From Lama glama (lineage: Eukaryota), in assembly GCA_028534125.1 (NCBI GenBank), contig CM052817.1:25112001-25176000 (forward strand): a stretch of 64,000 nucleotides of DNA, given 5' to 3'. A program made the position numbers and the translations under genes. Below are positions 1-13,256 of this stretch, piece by piece. Below the pieces are notes generated by a model. That model saw nothing but the letters and a program-made list of their open reading frames with translations. It did no database searches and was not told the origin of the DNA. Positions within the stretch are counted from its first letter, which is position 1. Each line of letters opens with the position of its first letter.

Positions 1-129
1 TGTATCCGAGCCTTCTCCTGAAACCAGTCTGTCTCTGTGCAGTTCTGAAACCCTGAACTCACAAAGTTGCCCCCAAATTAAGTCTTCTCCAATAAAAATG
101 AGATTGGCAATGGTTCCTGTTTTGAAGCT

Positions 130-311
130 TACTTTATGGCAGTTAATTTAATAAGCACTTCACATACAATCATTCATTTATGCCTTGACACCATCGGGAG
201 AGGTAATGAAACCCATTTTACAGACAAGTAAATTTGGGTTTAGGGAAACCTAGTGCTGGCTCCTTCAGCCAGTAGTTAGTATAAACTTAGATCTGTCTGA
301 CTTCTAAATCC
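130..311 (-). mobile_element. MIR SINE fragment
   Basis: 'aagcacttcacatacaatcattcattta...cccattttacagacaagtaaatttggg...gatctgtctgacttctaaatcc' matches the reverse complement of the MIR core; boundaries approximate. Confidence 0.7.
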
Positions 312-405
312 GTCTGTCTGTCTATCTGTCTGGCTAGCTTATCTATCCACCCAGCAATCAGTTATCCCTCTCTATCATCTATCTGTCTATCATCTATTTA
401 TCTGA
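312..405. repeat. Degenerate (TCTG/TCTA)n tetranucleotide repeat
   Basis: gtctgtctgtctatctgtct...ctatcatctatctgtctatcatctatt. Confidence 0.7.
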
Positions 406-3400
406 TATGTTAAATACAAGCTCTTCTGATCTACTAATTAAAGCAAGTTCCTTAGAGCCCTCTAGGGTCTAGGGAAATCTTCGTTAGCCTCACTGAGGCT
501 TCTTCCTTGAACATACAGAGGTATATTCATGGCTGTATCTTTGCAGATACATACTACATAATACACAATGTGACTTTCTAAGGAACATGTTCTTCCTCAG
601 CTGATGATCCACTCCTGTGTCAGCCACTCTTCCAGAGTCCCTGGAGAAAGAGTTTTGTGCCGTACCCTCTCACGTGAAGGGACTACCAGACAATGCCACC
701 CTGCACCCCGAGCTCCCTCCGCTGGCCTGGGAAAAGCTAGCTGGTCAGAATGGCCTCACTTTTCAATGGGAAGCTGCTGGACCAGAGAGGAAGTGTCAGA
801 ACAAGATCGCTTTGACCTGGCCTCCAGAAGGAGCAGGAAAGCAAATGCTGTCTTCCCAGAGGAAATGCATCACCAGCATATCAGAGGAGGGAGGGGATTT
901 GATTCTCCAGTTCCTAACCGGAGAAGACAGCTCCTGCTCAAGTGGTGGCTGTGGAGGTTTCCTTGTGAATACAGTTCTTGGAGTCAGCGGGGGAGCCGGG
1001 GTGGATAAGTGAGAGTTCCCACTCCCAGCATGTTTGTTTCCCCACAAAATACAGTTTATTTCCTCCACAGTCCTATTGTAGCTCAACTCAGATGAATACA
1101 ATTTTCTCTGTTATAGGGGGTCCATAGAGAATCTACTTCATTAGATGAAGTGGGTTTTAATTAGTCAATTAGGGAACGAGTTCTTCTTCAAGACTTAAAA
1201 ACTGTTTGTCAGATTATCTCAAGGAGAATATGGTTGGCTTTATTTATTTAGTAACTTAAAAAGAAAGTCACTTCCTGTTTATATTATTAGAAATTAATTC
1301 CATCTTAAATGTCAGTGAGGTTTAGAGATTAAGAGAGAGGAAAACACAATGCTTCTCTTCGGCACATCAATCATTTTGTTAAGATAAAAATGAATCAAGC
1401 TAGTATAACAAAATATGGAATTGTGACAATTTGTTAGGGGAAATAGGTATATTGAAAGACATCTCACATCCTTAAACAGCAGCACATGGAGTTGAAGAGA
1501 TGCTTGGGAGAGGGACCAAGTCTTATTTCTTCACCCTCAGCCCCGAGCATAGCATCACCATTATGGTCTGTGCTCCATCAGTGCATACTGATTGGAATTT
1601 AAATCCAGCACTCGGAGTCTCCTTTATTTGATTCTCTGTAATGAAAAGAGTCTGCTGCCTTTTTCATTCTCTGTCAGCACTAGCTCCCTCCTCAGAAGGA
1701 CCGCACGGGAGCCTAGGCTCAGGACCACCTCCAGAGGGGGCAGGGCAGGAGGAACAGAGAGCTCTATTTCTATGTGGACGGGGGAGAAGGGTCAGACCCT
1801 CAGCGGAGCTGCCGGGCGGACAACACTGAGTAGGAGCCCTTTTACTGAGCACCTGCTCCATGCACCAGGGTCTTGATTTATGAGTATTAGAAGCATGTCA
1901 GGAGCTTGACTTACTTATTATTTGCCTGATGCAGCACATCAGGAGCTCTATTTATTTATTATTCTTCCACTGGATCCTCAAAGGAGATTGTGAAACCGCT
2001 CACATCATTCATTGCGTCTCCATCCTTAGAGGAGGAAACCCAGCCCTGTGGAGTCAGGTGGCCTGCACCAGGGAAGGACCAGGATTCCAGTCTGAGATAT
2101 TATTATGGAAGCTCTTTACATGAGGCTGAACTTCCCCTTGGCAGCGGGGTTGCAGGCAGCCAGTAGAGGAATAGGGCTCCGTTTAGAATGGTACCAGGTG
2201 TTTGCAGACTTGAACAAGGGCATGTCCAGGAACTGGAGGACAGCGGTTGATTGGGCAGGCAACCCCCCCGGAGAGCTAGAAAGTGAAACTGACCTGGGAT
2301 TGAACTATCAATTGCATGTTTGAATATTTTTTTCCCTCCAAATCTACCCACTGAAAAGTCCTAGCGTAGGAGGGGACCTGAGAAGAGCTGTCAGGATGGA
2401 AGACATTCATTTCTTTCTCCTGCATTATTTTAAAAGGGCCTTATCTAAAGCTGCCTAGATCTGCTCACGTCTTACATGGGAAGATGTGGGAGTCGCAGGC
2501 TCTTCAATTAGAAAACCATTTCTACAGGTCAAAAGAGCCAAAGGACTCTGAGGTTCCTTTTACAGCTTCAAGAAGAAAAATTCATTTCTAAGTTCAACAC
2601 CCATTCTCCTTTCCTTGACCCTAATTAAATGTCCACTTATTGTCTTTTTATCTGGTTTGCATGACCCTGAAAATGGCCACGAATGCCTTGTTAAGATGCT
2701 TGTTTCCAGCCCTCTCCCCGCTTCCTGTGGGCTGCGAATGCTCTGTTTACCCTTGTCCCTGCTACCCGGGAATCAGGTGAGGAGGAAAAATCCCGGGGCC
2801 CCAAGAAGAGGTGGGGGAATGGGGAGAATTCAGGGGCATAGCCATGAAAACAGGGCCGGTGGTGTGGTTTAAGGGACAGAGTCCTCTCCCTCAAAGGAGT
2901 TAGTATCTGGTGAGAGGTGCACAGGCCACTGCTGTCCAGGCCCCTGGGACATCCCAGGGGTTCCTCTGCCAGCGGCTTGATTAGGGCTCACCAGAAGCTT
3001 CCTTTTGCACCCAGAAGTTCCTTGTTGAGTCCAGCTCCTGGCCAATTCCTAATTCTAAGGCTTTTCCGCTTGCTAGGGACATCTCAGGTGTTTAATTGAT
3101 TAAGGAGAAAGGCTTCTTTGATGCTAACAAGGAGAGCTGTTAAGTTGCCAGGTGATTTAATGCAACTCTCTCTTCTTGGCCTGACAGGCTGAAATGAACA
3201 AGGCAGTGCAAGGAGTGTAGAGAGAGGCTTTTACGCCAGGCAAGCCAGTTACTTTCTCACCAATTCTCAGCAGATTGGGACTGTTCATGAGGAGATCAAT
3301 AATACTTCCTGCAGCAGCGTTAAGTGCATAAAAAAAAAAAAAAGACTTCTTTGAGTTTCCAAATAGTTTCCCATGATTTCCCACTCATTACCTGGAGAGA

Positions 3401-3491
3401 TGCTGGTTTTGTCTTTTGTTTTTGTTCTTAATCCATTTTGAGCCTTTGTTATTGAATTCCCATTTGGTTCCCTTGAGGACCATCCCGCCCC

Positions 3492-3980
3492 TGCGTTAGT
3501 TTTCTGGGGTCACCGTAAGAAAACACCACAGGCCGGGTGGCACACACAACAGAAATTTGTTGTCTCACAGCTTTGGAGGCTGCAGGTCCAAGAGCAAAGT
3601 GTTGGCAGCGTTGGTTCCTTCTGTGGGAGGTAAGGGAGGATCTGTTCCAGGCATCGCTCCCCACCCTGCCTCCCCTTCCCAGCTGCTGGGGGTTTGCCTT
3701 CTGTCTTTGGCATCTCTTGGTTTGCAGATGCACCACCCTGATCTCTGTCTTCACGTTTACCTGGTGCTCTCCCTGGGTGTGGGACTGTGTCTAAATTCCC
3801 CTGTTTATAAGGGGACCAGTCATGGTGCATTAGGAGCCCACCCGACTCCAGCCTGACTTCTTCTTAACTAATTCCATCTGCAATGACCCGATATCCAAAT
3901 AAGACCACATTCTGAAGTACTGGTGGCTAGGACTTCAACAAACGAACTGATGGGTGGGGGACACAGGTCAGGCTCTAACT
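3492..3980 (-). mobile_element. ERVL-MaLR solo LTR, MLT1B/MLT1C-like
   Basis: MLT1 motifs 'caacagaaatttgttgtctcacagctttggaggctg..gtccaag', 'tttataaggggaccagtcat', 'ccaaataagaccacattctgaagtactgg..taggacttcaaca'. Confidence 0.85.
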
Positions 3981-5249
3981 CCACCTGGGGCTCTTTGACA
4001 TGGGGCTGAAAGCAGAGGCGTGGACATCCACCTGCTTGTTTCTGGTACAGAGACACTTGGTGCCGGGTGCAAAACTAGAAGCAACTGGGGAGCTTTTGGA
4101 TAACAACAACAACAACAACAAACAGAATGCCTAGCAGGACCGCCCCTAGCATGTGCAGAACCTGGGCAAACATGGTCTAGGGAGGACCCTGCCTGAAACA
4201 AATTGGTGACAAAGGGCATTACAAAATCCACGGGCCCATCTGAGTTACAGTAATTTATTAAACAGAAATTAGAAAAATATGTAGAAAGAACTACTTAGGT
4301 ATTTATTGTCCCGTCGGTGCATGTGACAATTCCTTGCGGAGTCCAGACACCCGGTCTTCCTGTCCTTTATGGGCCAGTGTGCCGTTCCTCCCACGGAAGA
4401 TGGAGCAAGGCTGTCATTACAGTGCGAGGGCCCCCCAGAGCCTGGTTTGTACTGAAACAAAATAGATCTTCTCCCTTCCGCTTTTCCATAACACCTTTCA
4501 TTTAAGGATTGCTACCTGGTTACCGGTGAGCCGCTTCATCCTTGTGCTCCTGTGAAGATGGGCTCCCCACTCCCCTCTCAAAGGTCGTACTGCGTTCCCC
4601 CCTTGACAGTGAGCACGAAATACAAGTGTTCCCTAGCAGGCAAGAAAGTGTGAAGGATAATTGTTTATCGGGGATGTTAAATTTGCTGTTTGAAATTTTC
4701 TAGCACAAGTGTAGAATTATCTTCCACTCTGTCCTGAACTCTCCAGACCGTAATTATTGTCTTCCTAGACTCTGATCTCTGCCCATGGGCACCCCACCCC
4801 TGCCACATACCCCACAGCCCAGAGGGTCGTGGCTGGGATGAAAGTGAAGAGAGCAGTCCCATTCCTGCAAAAACCAGGGCGGCCTTCGCAGGCACCAGAG
4901 TAAACTTACTTCTAGAAGAGTGTTTGGAAAATACTGTCACTGTGGTCAAACCCGGCCAACACATAAGCATGAGTGTGAAAAATCACTTGTACGTTCAGAG
5001 ATGGGACTGTGGTCTCCACCCTTCTTTGAAAGGCTTTCTAGTTCTCAAGCTGGGTACAAACTGCCTTTCCCTCACTTAGTGGGTCAACGTGGAACTTCTC
5101 TCTTCGTGGAGGACTAAGTTTATCTGACAATGTATGTTTGGAAAGTCAACTAATCTTACTAGAAATTAAAAACCTTATTTTAATTTTGAAACATGAGACT
5201 GTTATAAACCATAATGCATAATTTGCACAATTAAAAAAAATAAGTATCT

Positions 5250-5323
5250 ATGACATTTCATGCTACCTGAAATGAATGTAATGCCATATGTCAATTCATT
5301 CTCAATAACACATTTTAAAAAAT
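5250..5323 (+). mobile_element. Very short L1 3' terminal fragment
   Basis: 'ctacctgaaatgaatgtaatgccatatgtcaattcattctcaataa' plus A-rich tail resembles an L1 3' end. Confidence 0.5.
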
Positions 5324-5439
5324 TTCGTACCTGTACCGGATGCTTTGGACTAGCCTTCTATTCACTCTAATCTCCTGTATGAGTTGTTAGGAAAATTTGA
5401 GACCCCTTGAAACTAGTGGGTTGAACCTGCTCCGCCATG

Positions 5440-5800
5440 ATTTAAATGATTTTGAATATGCTTCTCCCCTGCTAGGGTTGCTCTTTTCTTAATAGGTTAC
5501 CTGATAGACTCCTATTTGCACCTCAAAACCCACCTCAGATCTCCCCATGCCCCACCCCTACTCCACACACCTTTCTTTGCCTACCAGTTACAGGTTATCA
5601 CCATCTTCTCTGTAGTATGTATAGCACATAACTCTACTTCTATGCTTATTCCATGTTTGTGTAATATACTTGTTCATGCATCTCTTTCATTCATCAGACT
5701 GGACTGTCTTTGAAGGCAGGATTTATTTTTATCCACTCCTCTTGCCAATGCTTAGCCCTGGGCCTGATATAGAGCAGATCTCAGTAAGAGTTTGTTGTTT
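5440..5800 (+). mobile_element. L2 LINE 3' fragment
   Basis: Ends with L2 tail 'cagactggactgtctttgaaggcagg...cttagccctgggcctgatatagagcagatctcagtaagagtttgttg'. Confidence 0.7.
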
Positions 5801-7794
5801 AAAAGCAATATTTTCTTTACTTCTTAAAGAATAACTGAAACATCCCAGCTGCTCCAAGTTGCTGCTACTTGAAACCCAAAAGAAGATTGTTACTGTTTTT
5901 TCCCAAGTCAGCTGCGTGACTCTGATGTGTCCAGAACACACTGGAGTTACCCTGGCAGGGGGCTCAGGGAGGGACTGTCACTAGATCCTGGCCCCTTAGG
6001 GGGAGGGAGAGAGAAGGGCATTGAAGGAGGGACAGTCCGGCAGCTGGCCCAGCGGTAGGGCTGTCGGCTCCTCCCTCCTCCGTCCCTCCCAGGCTCTTCG
6101 AGCAGCTCTGTGCTTACAGCCATTTGGACAAGCCCTGGCATTGTTTGCCTCTAGGGTAGGGTCAGAGGCCTCGTAGGAATGGCATGATTCGACTTCCTTA
6201 AATAGTGACTTGGGAATGAAATGAGTAACCGTGTCTTTAATTAGCCATACCCCAGAGGCCCGGAGGGGGCTGGTAAATGGTGGGCTCCCAGCCAAGATCA
6301 GCAACGTGCGGCTGGTTCCCCGTCCAGGGAGACTTAGTGGGATGTTTTATTTGCCTGTCTCCCCTGAGCTGTCCTGTCAGCCCCTGCTCCGTTCTGCCAT
6401 CATGTCAGCCTGATGGGCTGCTCAGGGCTGTCAGAAGGAAAGAAGTGAGGAAAAAGCTAACCTTTTTTGAGCATCTCTCATGCACCAGGCTCTGTGCCAG
6501 ATGCCGGGAGCAGCAACATGAAAGATGGGAGACGCCCAGGGACATAACCCAGGGAAAGTATGACCCGTGGAGTCCAGTCCCAGAGCAGCGTCAGAGAGAA
6601 GGGTCCCAGCCACTGAAGGATCCTTCAGAATAATTTAAGCCCTTTACTTGTACTTTCAAACTCTGTAGAGAAACTCATGGAGAGTCCAGATCTGCCCTCA
6701 ATACACCCTCTTTCCTTTTCTACCCTCTTCCTCATGCCCTGAACCTGCCTTGGCACTTTTTCTTGAAAAATCCCCAGAAGACTGTCCCGATCTATATCCT
6801 TTTCCCCTTTGTATCTCTTAGAGAAAATATCTTTCTGGTTCTAGCCCCCACGCCCTCATCTCTTCTAAACACCTCTTCTTTCCTCTTTCTCGTCCATCTT
6901 CTCTCCGCAGCCTTGGTTCCATGTGATAGTAGAGAAAGGAAGACTCCTGCCCCAGAAGACCTCTGTGCTCAGAGAGAGGGAAACAGCTGGGCATCAAGTG
7001 GGGAGAGGCTTTCCAGCTCTAGGTTAGGAGACCGCAGCCAGGCTGGAGCCCTGGAGGTTAATAATCCTTCTCCTGTCACCCAGGAGACACCCACCCATCG
7101 TAAGCCACGTGGAAGCCAGCATGCAGCCAAGATGTGGGGGAAGGAACGACAGACCCTACCTGGCCCTGAGGGGTTGCTTCCTGCTCTGTGCTACCTCCTG
7201 ACCTCCAGGCTTTCCGGAAGGGAACATGATTGCAGATGAGGGGCCAGAAACCCTCCTTTCAGTGATTTATACTAAAATCCTAGGGTCCAACCAGGGCCTG
7301 GATGAAGGCTGTCAAGGAGCTGGTAGGGCCAGACAGGTAGATGGCCCTACCTAGAGGGGGAAGAGAATGCAAATACAGCCCCTGTGCTGTGGCTGGAAGG
7401 TAAATTTACTCCCTCCCTGGGGCAGGTCTGGACAGGGCTGGGCAGGTCAGGGTGGGTTTTGCCCAGACCAACTCTGGTACTCCTAGCGATGAGGTGGAGA
7501 GCCTGACTGTAAACAAGGGTTTCTCCGAAAGCCCTTTCACCTTGCTCTTTATTCAGTCCCCCTAGTCCTTAGGGGATTCATTCTCAAATGGGCACTCAGC
7601 CTGGGCTCAGTGTCCTAATTTCTTCACTCCCTCTGCCTCTCAGCTCACACACAGAGTTGTGCTCCTGGGATGTGAAATATCGCATTGTGCCGGAATAGCG
7701 TTTGGAGCTGTGACTTATAGGAATGGTGTTGCTGGTGTGAACATGGCACCGAGAATTCCATAAAGCAATCTTGGGAGACAGAAAGTAAGGACCC

Positions 7795-7872
7795 TCCGGA
7801 GCATCAGCATCACCCTGGAACCTGTTAGAAATGCAAATTCTTGGGCCCCATCCCAGACCTACAGAACCAGCC
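7795..7872. mobile_element. MER5A (hAT-Charlie) fragment
   Basis: 'gcatcagcatcaccctggaacctgttagaaatgcaaattcttgggccccatcccagacctacagaaccag' is the MER5A core. Confidence 0.8.
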
Positions 7873-8494
7873 GGCGGTTCTACAGAACACAGCAATTTGT
7901 GTCTAATGTTCAGCTGAGCTACAGGGCAGCTGAAGGTCGCGGTGTCAACCAGTGAGGAGTAGAACTGAGCCCCTGGGCTGAGCAGGGGCTTCCAAGGCTG
8001 GGAAAACATTGTTTACCTAAGGGCCTCCTCTCCAAACGGACACAAAAGTACTGTCTGTCCTTTTCCGGGAGCAGTGTCAACTTGACAAAACGCCAAAAGT
8101 ATTTCAACAGAGGCAGAACTCTGACTTTATCAGACAGGCAAATGAACCTTTGCTCTCCGAGGGTGGGAAGAATGGGGGCCTGGACCAGGATGTGGACAGG
8201 GCTCCCCAGGGCACACGGTGACTCCGCCGGAGGGGCTGCGGTTCTGGGTGTGAGGAATGCACTCTCCCCGCAGTGCCCGCTGCGCGAACAGCCCCACTCC
8301 TTCCCACCTGTTTCTCAGAAGCTGCCCCACCTCATTCTTCTCCACATCCCCCTGGAGCTGAGCAGGAGGAAGTGGACTGGAAGAGAAGGAGGAGGCATTT
8401 GAATTTGCTTGAAGGGACTTTCTCAAGGCAAAGCCTGGAACAGATTTTTCTGGGCAGGTTGCACAATCTCCCTGGGGCATCTCTCTTAGGGGCC

Positions 8495-8725
8495 AGGGAG
8501 TGTAAGCAGTTGAAGCTGGAGCCTGAACTGGGCTCCATCCTGGCTTTTCTGGGATTCGGCTCTGTGACCTAGGGAAAATTACTTAACTTCTCGGTGCCTT
8601 CATTATCTTGGTTATAAATTGGGAGTCATCATGGCGAGACGCTCATAGATACTTGGGAGAATGAAATTAGAAAGTCCTAAGAGAGCCCTAATCTGGCCTG
8701 TACGGGTCCACCAGATATTAGCTAT
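8495..8725 (+). mobile_element. MIR SINE
   Basis: 'ctgtgacctagggaaaattacttaacttctcggtgccttcattatcttggttataaattgggag' MIR core. Confidence 0.7.
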
Positions 8726-10834
8726 CAGCTACTGTCAGTGTCTAATATGGTGCTGGCACTCCAGGCGTGCTTGCTGGATGAGCAACTGGACCCACAGCCC
8801 CCGTCTGGAGCAGCCAGAAGACCACCAGAAATATATTCCACTGCTATTTCGGATCCCCTTACATTCCGAACAATTTCGTGACCCCGGGAGTGGTCGGCTT
8901 AATGAAACTCTAAGCAGGCATTTTTTCACGGTGGTTCCGTATTTCTGGACTGTCTTCTCTTTTCTGCTCTGCTGTCATCCAGTAGGCTGTTAGTGGGGCA
9001 TCAGAGTGACTTAAATTGCTCCCATGGACAGAGGGAGGAAACAATGAAAAAGAAATGGGAAATGAGGCTTCTTGGGTAGAATTACAAGGCTTAACACCAG
9101 GCTGCATTTACTGACAAGACGAGGCTGAAAGTCTCTTATCAGGTCGTGGGAAGAGTGACCCCTTATGTGTCCCCCACCCCTCCCTCCATGCTCCCTCCAT
9201 GCATCCTGTCCATGCCCATTTCTGGTAGGGGGCTCCTTTCCTTGGCGGAGATGCTTAGAGGAAGAGAGGTTGGGGTTTTTCACCCACACTTGGACTCACA
9301 GAGAAAGGTGCCCTCTACAGCATGCCAGACAGGGGGCCACATGATTACCTGGAGATCTGTACTCTTCAAATGCCTTTATGCCACATAGTGTAGGTGGTTT
9401 CTTTCCACTGTTGGTCCTGGGCATTTTAGTGATGCTGTTAAGGAAATCTAGAGCAGGTGCAGGGGGTGGGGGGCAGGAACGTTCGGAGACTGCTCTGGGG
9501 TCCTCGCCTGCAATATATCCTCTAGCCTGCAGGGGAGCAGGACTGGGAGCCCAGTAGCTCTAGCAATCTGGAATGCATGTTTCCGGTTTTACCCAAGTGG
9601 CCTGATCTCCCCTGTGGACAAATCACCCAGTTCCTGCAGTAACCCCTCTCCCTCCTCCCCACCCCCTGCAGGGACCCCAGCTCACCCTGATGGCTGGACG
9701 TTCCTCTGTGGCTGACACTAGAACTTTTGCTCATGAGGTGAGCTTTTAAGAAAACGCAACATTTAAAAACAGGACTTCAGAAAACAGATGTGCTGGGGAA
9801 GTGGATGATTATTTGTATTTGCTATATATAGGAAAGAACCAGTGTACAACAGAATTATTTTTATATGCTATTTTTTCCAGAGCTCAGTACAGCCATCCAC
9901 TCTAATTACGCCTATAAGTGTTTATTTTTATAGCATCTTCTTTCCCCCTCCTTGGAGGTCAGACGTGAGCTTTTCAGACTCTCTCTTCTGCTTCTTTTAT
10001 GACCTTCAGCAGTGCCTGGCTCTGTGCTCGGCCCTCAGCAGGCCCAGCCAGTGATCCGGACTGAGGCTTGTACTCAGGCCTGAGATGGGGGAGCCGTACG
10101 TACGGGTGTCTTGGAGCTGTAGCCTACACCTCGTCGTTCCAGGATCGGGCTGCTGAGATAAGCGATCTCGACTCCTCTCAAGGTGGCCGGGCAATCAAAG
10201 AGCCAGGCAGGCCCACCTGGCCTCCTCACTTGGCTAGGATAATCTGTGCAAAGTTGGAAACAGCCCGAGTGTGTTCTGCATGTGTCTGTGTGTGAACCTG
10301 TTCCTCTGTGACTTGAAGACAGGCAAAGCGTGAAGTGTGAAAAATACATGGGCCATAAGGAAGAGAGCTCTGTGTAGTCCCCCCGTCTGGCTTTCCACCT
10401 CTCGGATTAAGAGGGCTTTATTTGGCTTTGATGGAGTCCTATGTCTGTATCTAAAGGAGTTGTTTAAAAAGGGAGCTTATATCTCTGCGGATCGTAAGGG
10501 TTCTGCTGTCAACATGGACCACTTAGTTAGGGATTCTGTGCTGCCTGGGCGTGGTGCCCACGGTGATGCTTCAGCTTTAAGCCCCGGAAGTCCCCACCAC
10601 ACCCTGATTTGCTGCTCTTTAAACCTTCTGCCTCTGGAGCCTTTGCTGACACTGTCCGTCTAAGCAGGAAGCGCTTGCCCTCTGTCCAGGTGGCCAGCCC
10701 CTGGAGGGGTTGGAAAGCTTCTTTACATCTCCAGGGCCGAGGACGATGCTGGGCATAGAGGAGATACTCAGTAGTGGCCTATTCAGTGAGTGGATGGATG
10801 CACGGCTCTCTCTTACCACACCTGATCTGCCTGC

Positions 10835-11110
10835 CTTGCATTCAGGGAAATGTACTAAATGCTTACTCTCCGCCAGGCCTTATTCTAGGTACTTGGGATA
10901 CATCAGAACAGACAGCAGTCTCTGCCTTTATGGAGAGAGATTACATTCTAGTTGGGGTGACGGATAAAAAGCAACATATAAACAGCTTGTATGGTATACT
11001 ACGGGGTGATGAGTGCCCTGGGCAAGCAGGAAGGGGCAGGCTGGAAGTGGGTGGGGGGCGGTTGGGCAGGTTGTGATGGTAAAGACTGCGGTCAGGGCAG
11101 GCCTGAGCTG
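10835..11110 (-). mobile_element. L2 LINE 3' fragment
   Basis: 'cattcagggaaatgtactaaatgcttactctccgccaggccttattctaggtacttgggataca...ttacattctagttgggg' is the reverse complement of the L2 tail. Confidence 0.7.
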
Positions 11111-11254
11111 GAGTGACTGGGTGCCTCATCTGATCTCCTGTAACACTTCATCTGAACCTCCCCTCTGGCATCATTGCCTGTTCTTTGTCCTCATATATTC
11201 ATCTAAGCACACATATCCACAGCCAGATGTAGACGGAGACATGTGTTAAAGCTA

Positions 11255-11390
11255 CGCTGCTCAGTTACTAGGCTGTCAGCATCCAGAAGTGGCTTCCATG
11301 CCTGATTAGTATTAGCATCCTTCTCGGCATCTAACACACAATAGATGTTCCATAAAAAGTGCTCAAATGAATGAGTGCTAAATGATTGAT
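11255..11390 (+). mobile_element. L2 LINE tail
   Basis: 'ctaggctgtcagcatccagaag...ggcatctaacacacaatagatgttccataaaaagtgctcaaatgaatgagtg'. Confidence 0.55.
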
Positions 11391-12117
11391 TTGCTGAAGA
11401 GAATTATACAGACTCATTTTTTGCCCTCCCTACAGAAATAATAACCGTCATAGTGACTATTTTGTACACATACACAACTTGCTGTCTTTGAGTGAGGTAT
11501 CAAATACCTCTGGGTACTTTAGGAAGAGCATTCACCCTTAAATTTGGCTCAAGAGTTGACGTGAATCCGTGGCCTTTACAAAGGAGTGGGAATAAGCAGG
11601 AACACCTGCAGCGGGAAGGCTTTTTGTTGCAAAGGGTCTGCTCAGCTGAGCTGCCTGCATCCTTCCAGCCTGGCCGGGAAAGCTCGGGTAAGTGTTTTTG
11701 CTTCAGGGAACTGATTCACGCTTTGGTGTCCCTAAAGCCTGAACTTCTGTTTTACAAAAGGTGGTGATATATGGACCAGGGGAAACAATGGGATTAGGGC
11801 AGGTAAATCCCTGTTTGGGAGGGAAGCCAGGTGCAGGGAGCTGGGTGGGTAGCAGGCATGGGGGGTGCATGCCTGGGCACTGATGCAAACTGATTGGGGG
11901 AGCAGACCTCCCCCAGCCCTCTTGGCTCTTCTCAAGGAGGGGGACGATGGGTCTTGAATGCTCCTGAGAAACTTAGAAGGGATTTACACTCCTCAGAGTT
12001 CCTCTGTGTGGTGATATATCCGGTTTGAAATTCCTAAAGGAGAATAATAAAAATAATGCTGTGAATAAAATAGCTCTCATTTACTTACTGCAGACCAGTC
12101 TTCATGTTTAGTTCACA

Positions 12118-12259
12118 CAGTCGGTCCTCCACATCTCCAGACACAGCAGGCTGACTGTACTGCCCCATTTTGTATCAGGGGCTTGAGCATCCATGGATTT
12201 TGGTATCTGAGGTGGGGAGGTCCTGGAACCAATCCCCTGCAGATACTGAGGGCCGACTG
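12118..12259. mobile_element. TcMar-Tigger-derived MITE (MER2-like), internally deleted, inserted in a MIR
   Basis: Terminal inverted repeats cagtcggtcctccacatct (12118-) / agatactgagggccgactg (-12259); internal 'gcttgagcatccatggattttggtatctgagg..gtcctggaaccaatcccc'. Confidence 0.8.
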
Positions 12260-12445
12260 CATTCACTATCTCAAGTTTAATTCTCATAGCCACTCTGGGA
12301 GGCAAGGCAAGGGTCACCGCTCCATTTTTTTGTGGACGAGGAGACGGACACTTAGAGATGCCAGTTCAACCAAAGTTGTCCAGAGAGTAAATGGCAAAAC
12401 GAGGGTTTGACTGCAGGCCTGTCTGATTCTAAAACATAACCTCAT
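12260..12445 (-). mobile_element. MIR SINE (continues from ~12070, split by the Tigger-type MITE)
   Basis: 'tttaattctcatagccactctgggaggc...tccattttttt gtggacgaggagacggacacttagag...gcctgtctgattctaaa'. Confidence 0.7.
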
Positions 12446-12774
12446 AACTGCTAGTGGAGAAGAGAAATTTTTTCTTAGAAAATGTGGCAGAGGCCCTTCA
12501 GCATGGTAATTGTGGAGACCATAGACTCAATGGGGCTGTAAGAGGAGTTGACTTTGTGTAGCAACGTGTGCTACGATGACAGTTAAGAAGGGACAAAGTG
12601 GGACATGTGTGATGGCTGGAACAAGTGAGGCCACTATGCACGTGAGCAGGTCCTAGTAAGATGTGGCAAAAATGACAAAGTTTGAGTGAGCTTTGTGAGA
12701 TCATGGAGGGCTTGGCTTTTTGAAATTTCCTTTAATATTATTGAGAGATATTTCTAATTAAAGCTTCTCAGAGA

Positions 12775-13256
12775 TGGAAACTGGACTTACGGTGATCATT
12801 TTGAAATGTATAGAAATATCAAATCGCTATGTTATATACCAGAAACTAACAGTGTTATAGGTCAATTATACTTCAAAAACAAACAAACAAATACAGGAAA
12901 AAAAATCAGACTTGTGGGTACCAGATGTGAGGGTCGAGGGAGAGGAAACTGGATGAAGACAATCAAAAGGTAGAAACTTCCAATTGTAAGATAAGTACTA
13001 GGGTTGCAATGTGCAACATGAGAAGTGTAATTAACACTGCTTCTATGATACATATGAAAGTTAAGATAGCAGTAAATCCTGAGTTCTCATCACAAGAAAA
13101 AAATCCATTTTCTATTTTTAAAATTTCATATCTATATGAAATGATGGATGTTCACGAAACTCATTGTAATCGTTTTGTGATGTATGTAAGTTAGATCATT
13201 ATGCTGTGTACCAGTGCTATATGTCAACTCTATCTCAGTAAAACTATGGGAGAAAT
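12775..13256 (+). mobile_element. L1 3' UTR fragment (Laurasiatherian/artiodactyl-type)
   Basis: 'ggtgatcattttgaaatgtatagaaatatcaaatc...gagttctcatcacaagaaaaaa...gtcaactctatctcagtaaaactatgggagaaa'; similar to 22240-22718. Confidence 0.85.

Noticed and set aside
601..1012. Overlapping 134/131-aa ORFs between an acceptor-like ttcctcag (600) and a donor-like TAA|gtgaga (1008)
   Set aside because: No frame is open across the whole exon (stops at 602-607, 1006-1008, and mid-exon in the third frame) and the peptides resemble no family I know; more likely non-coding, ETS-motif-containing DNA
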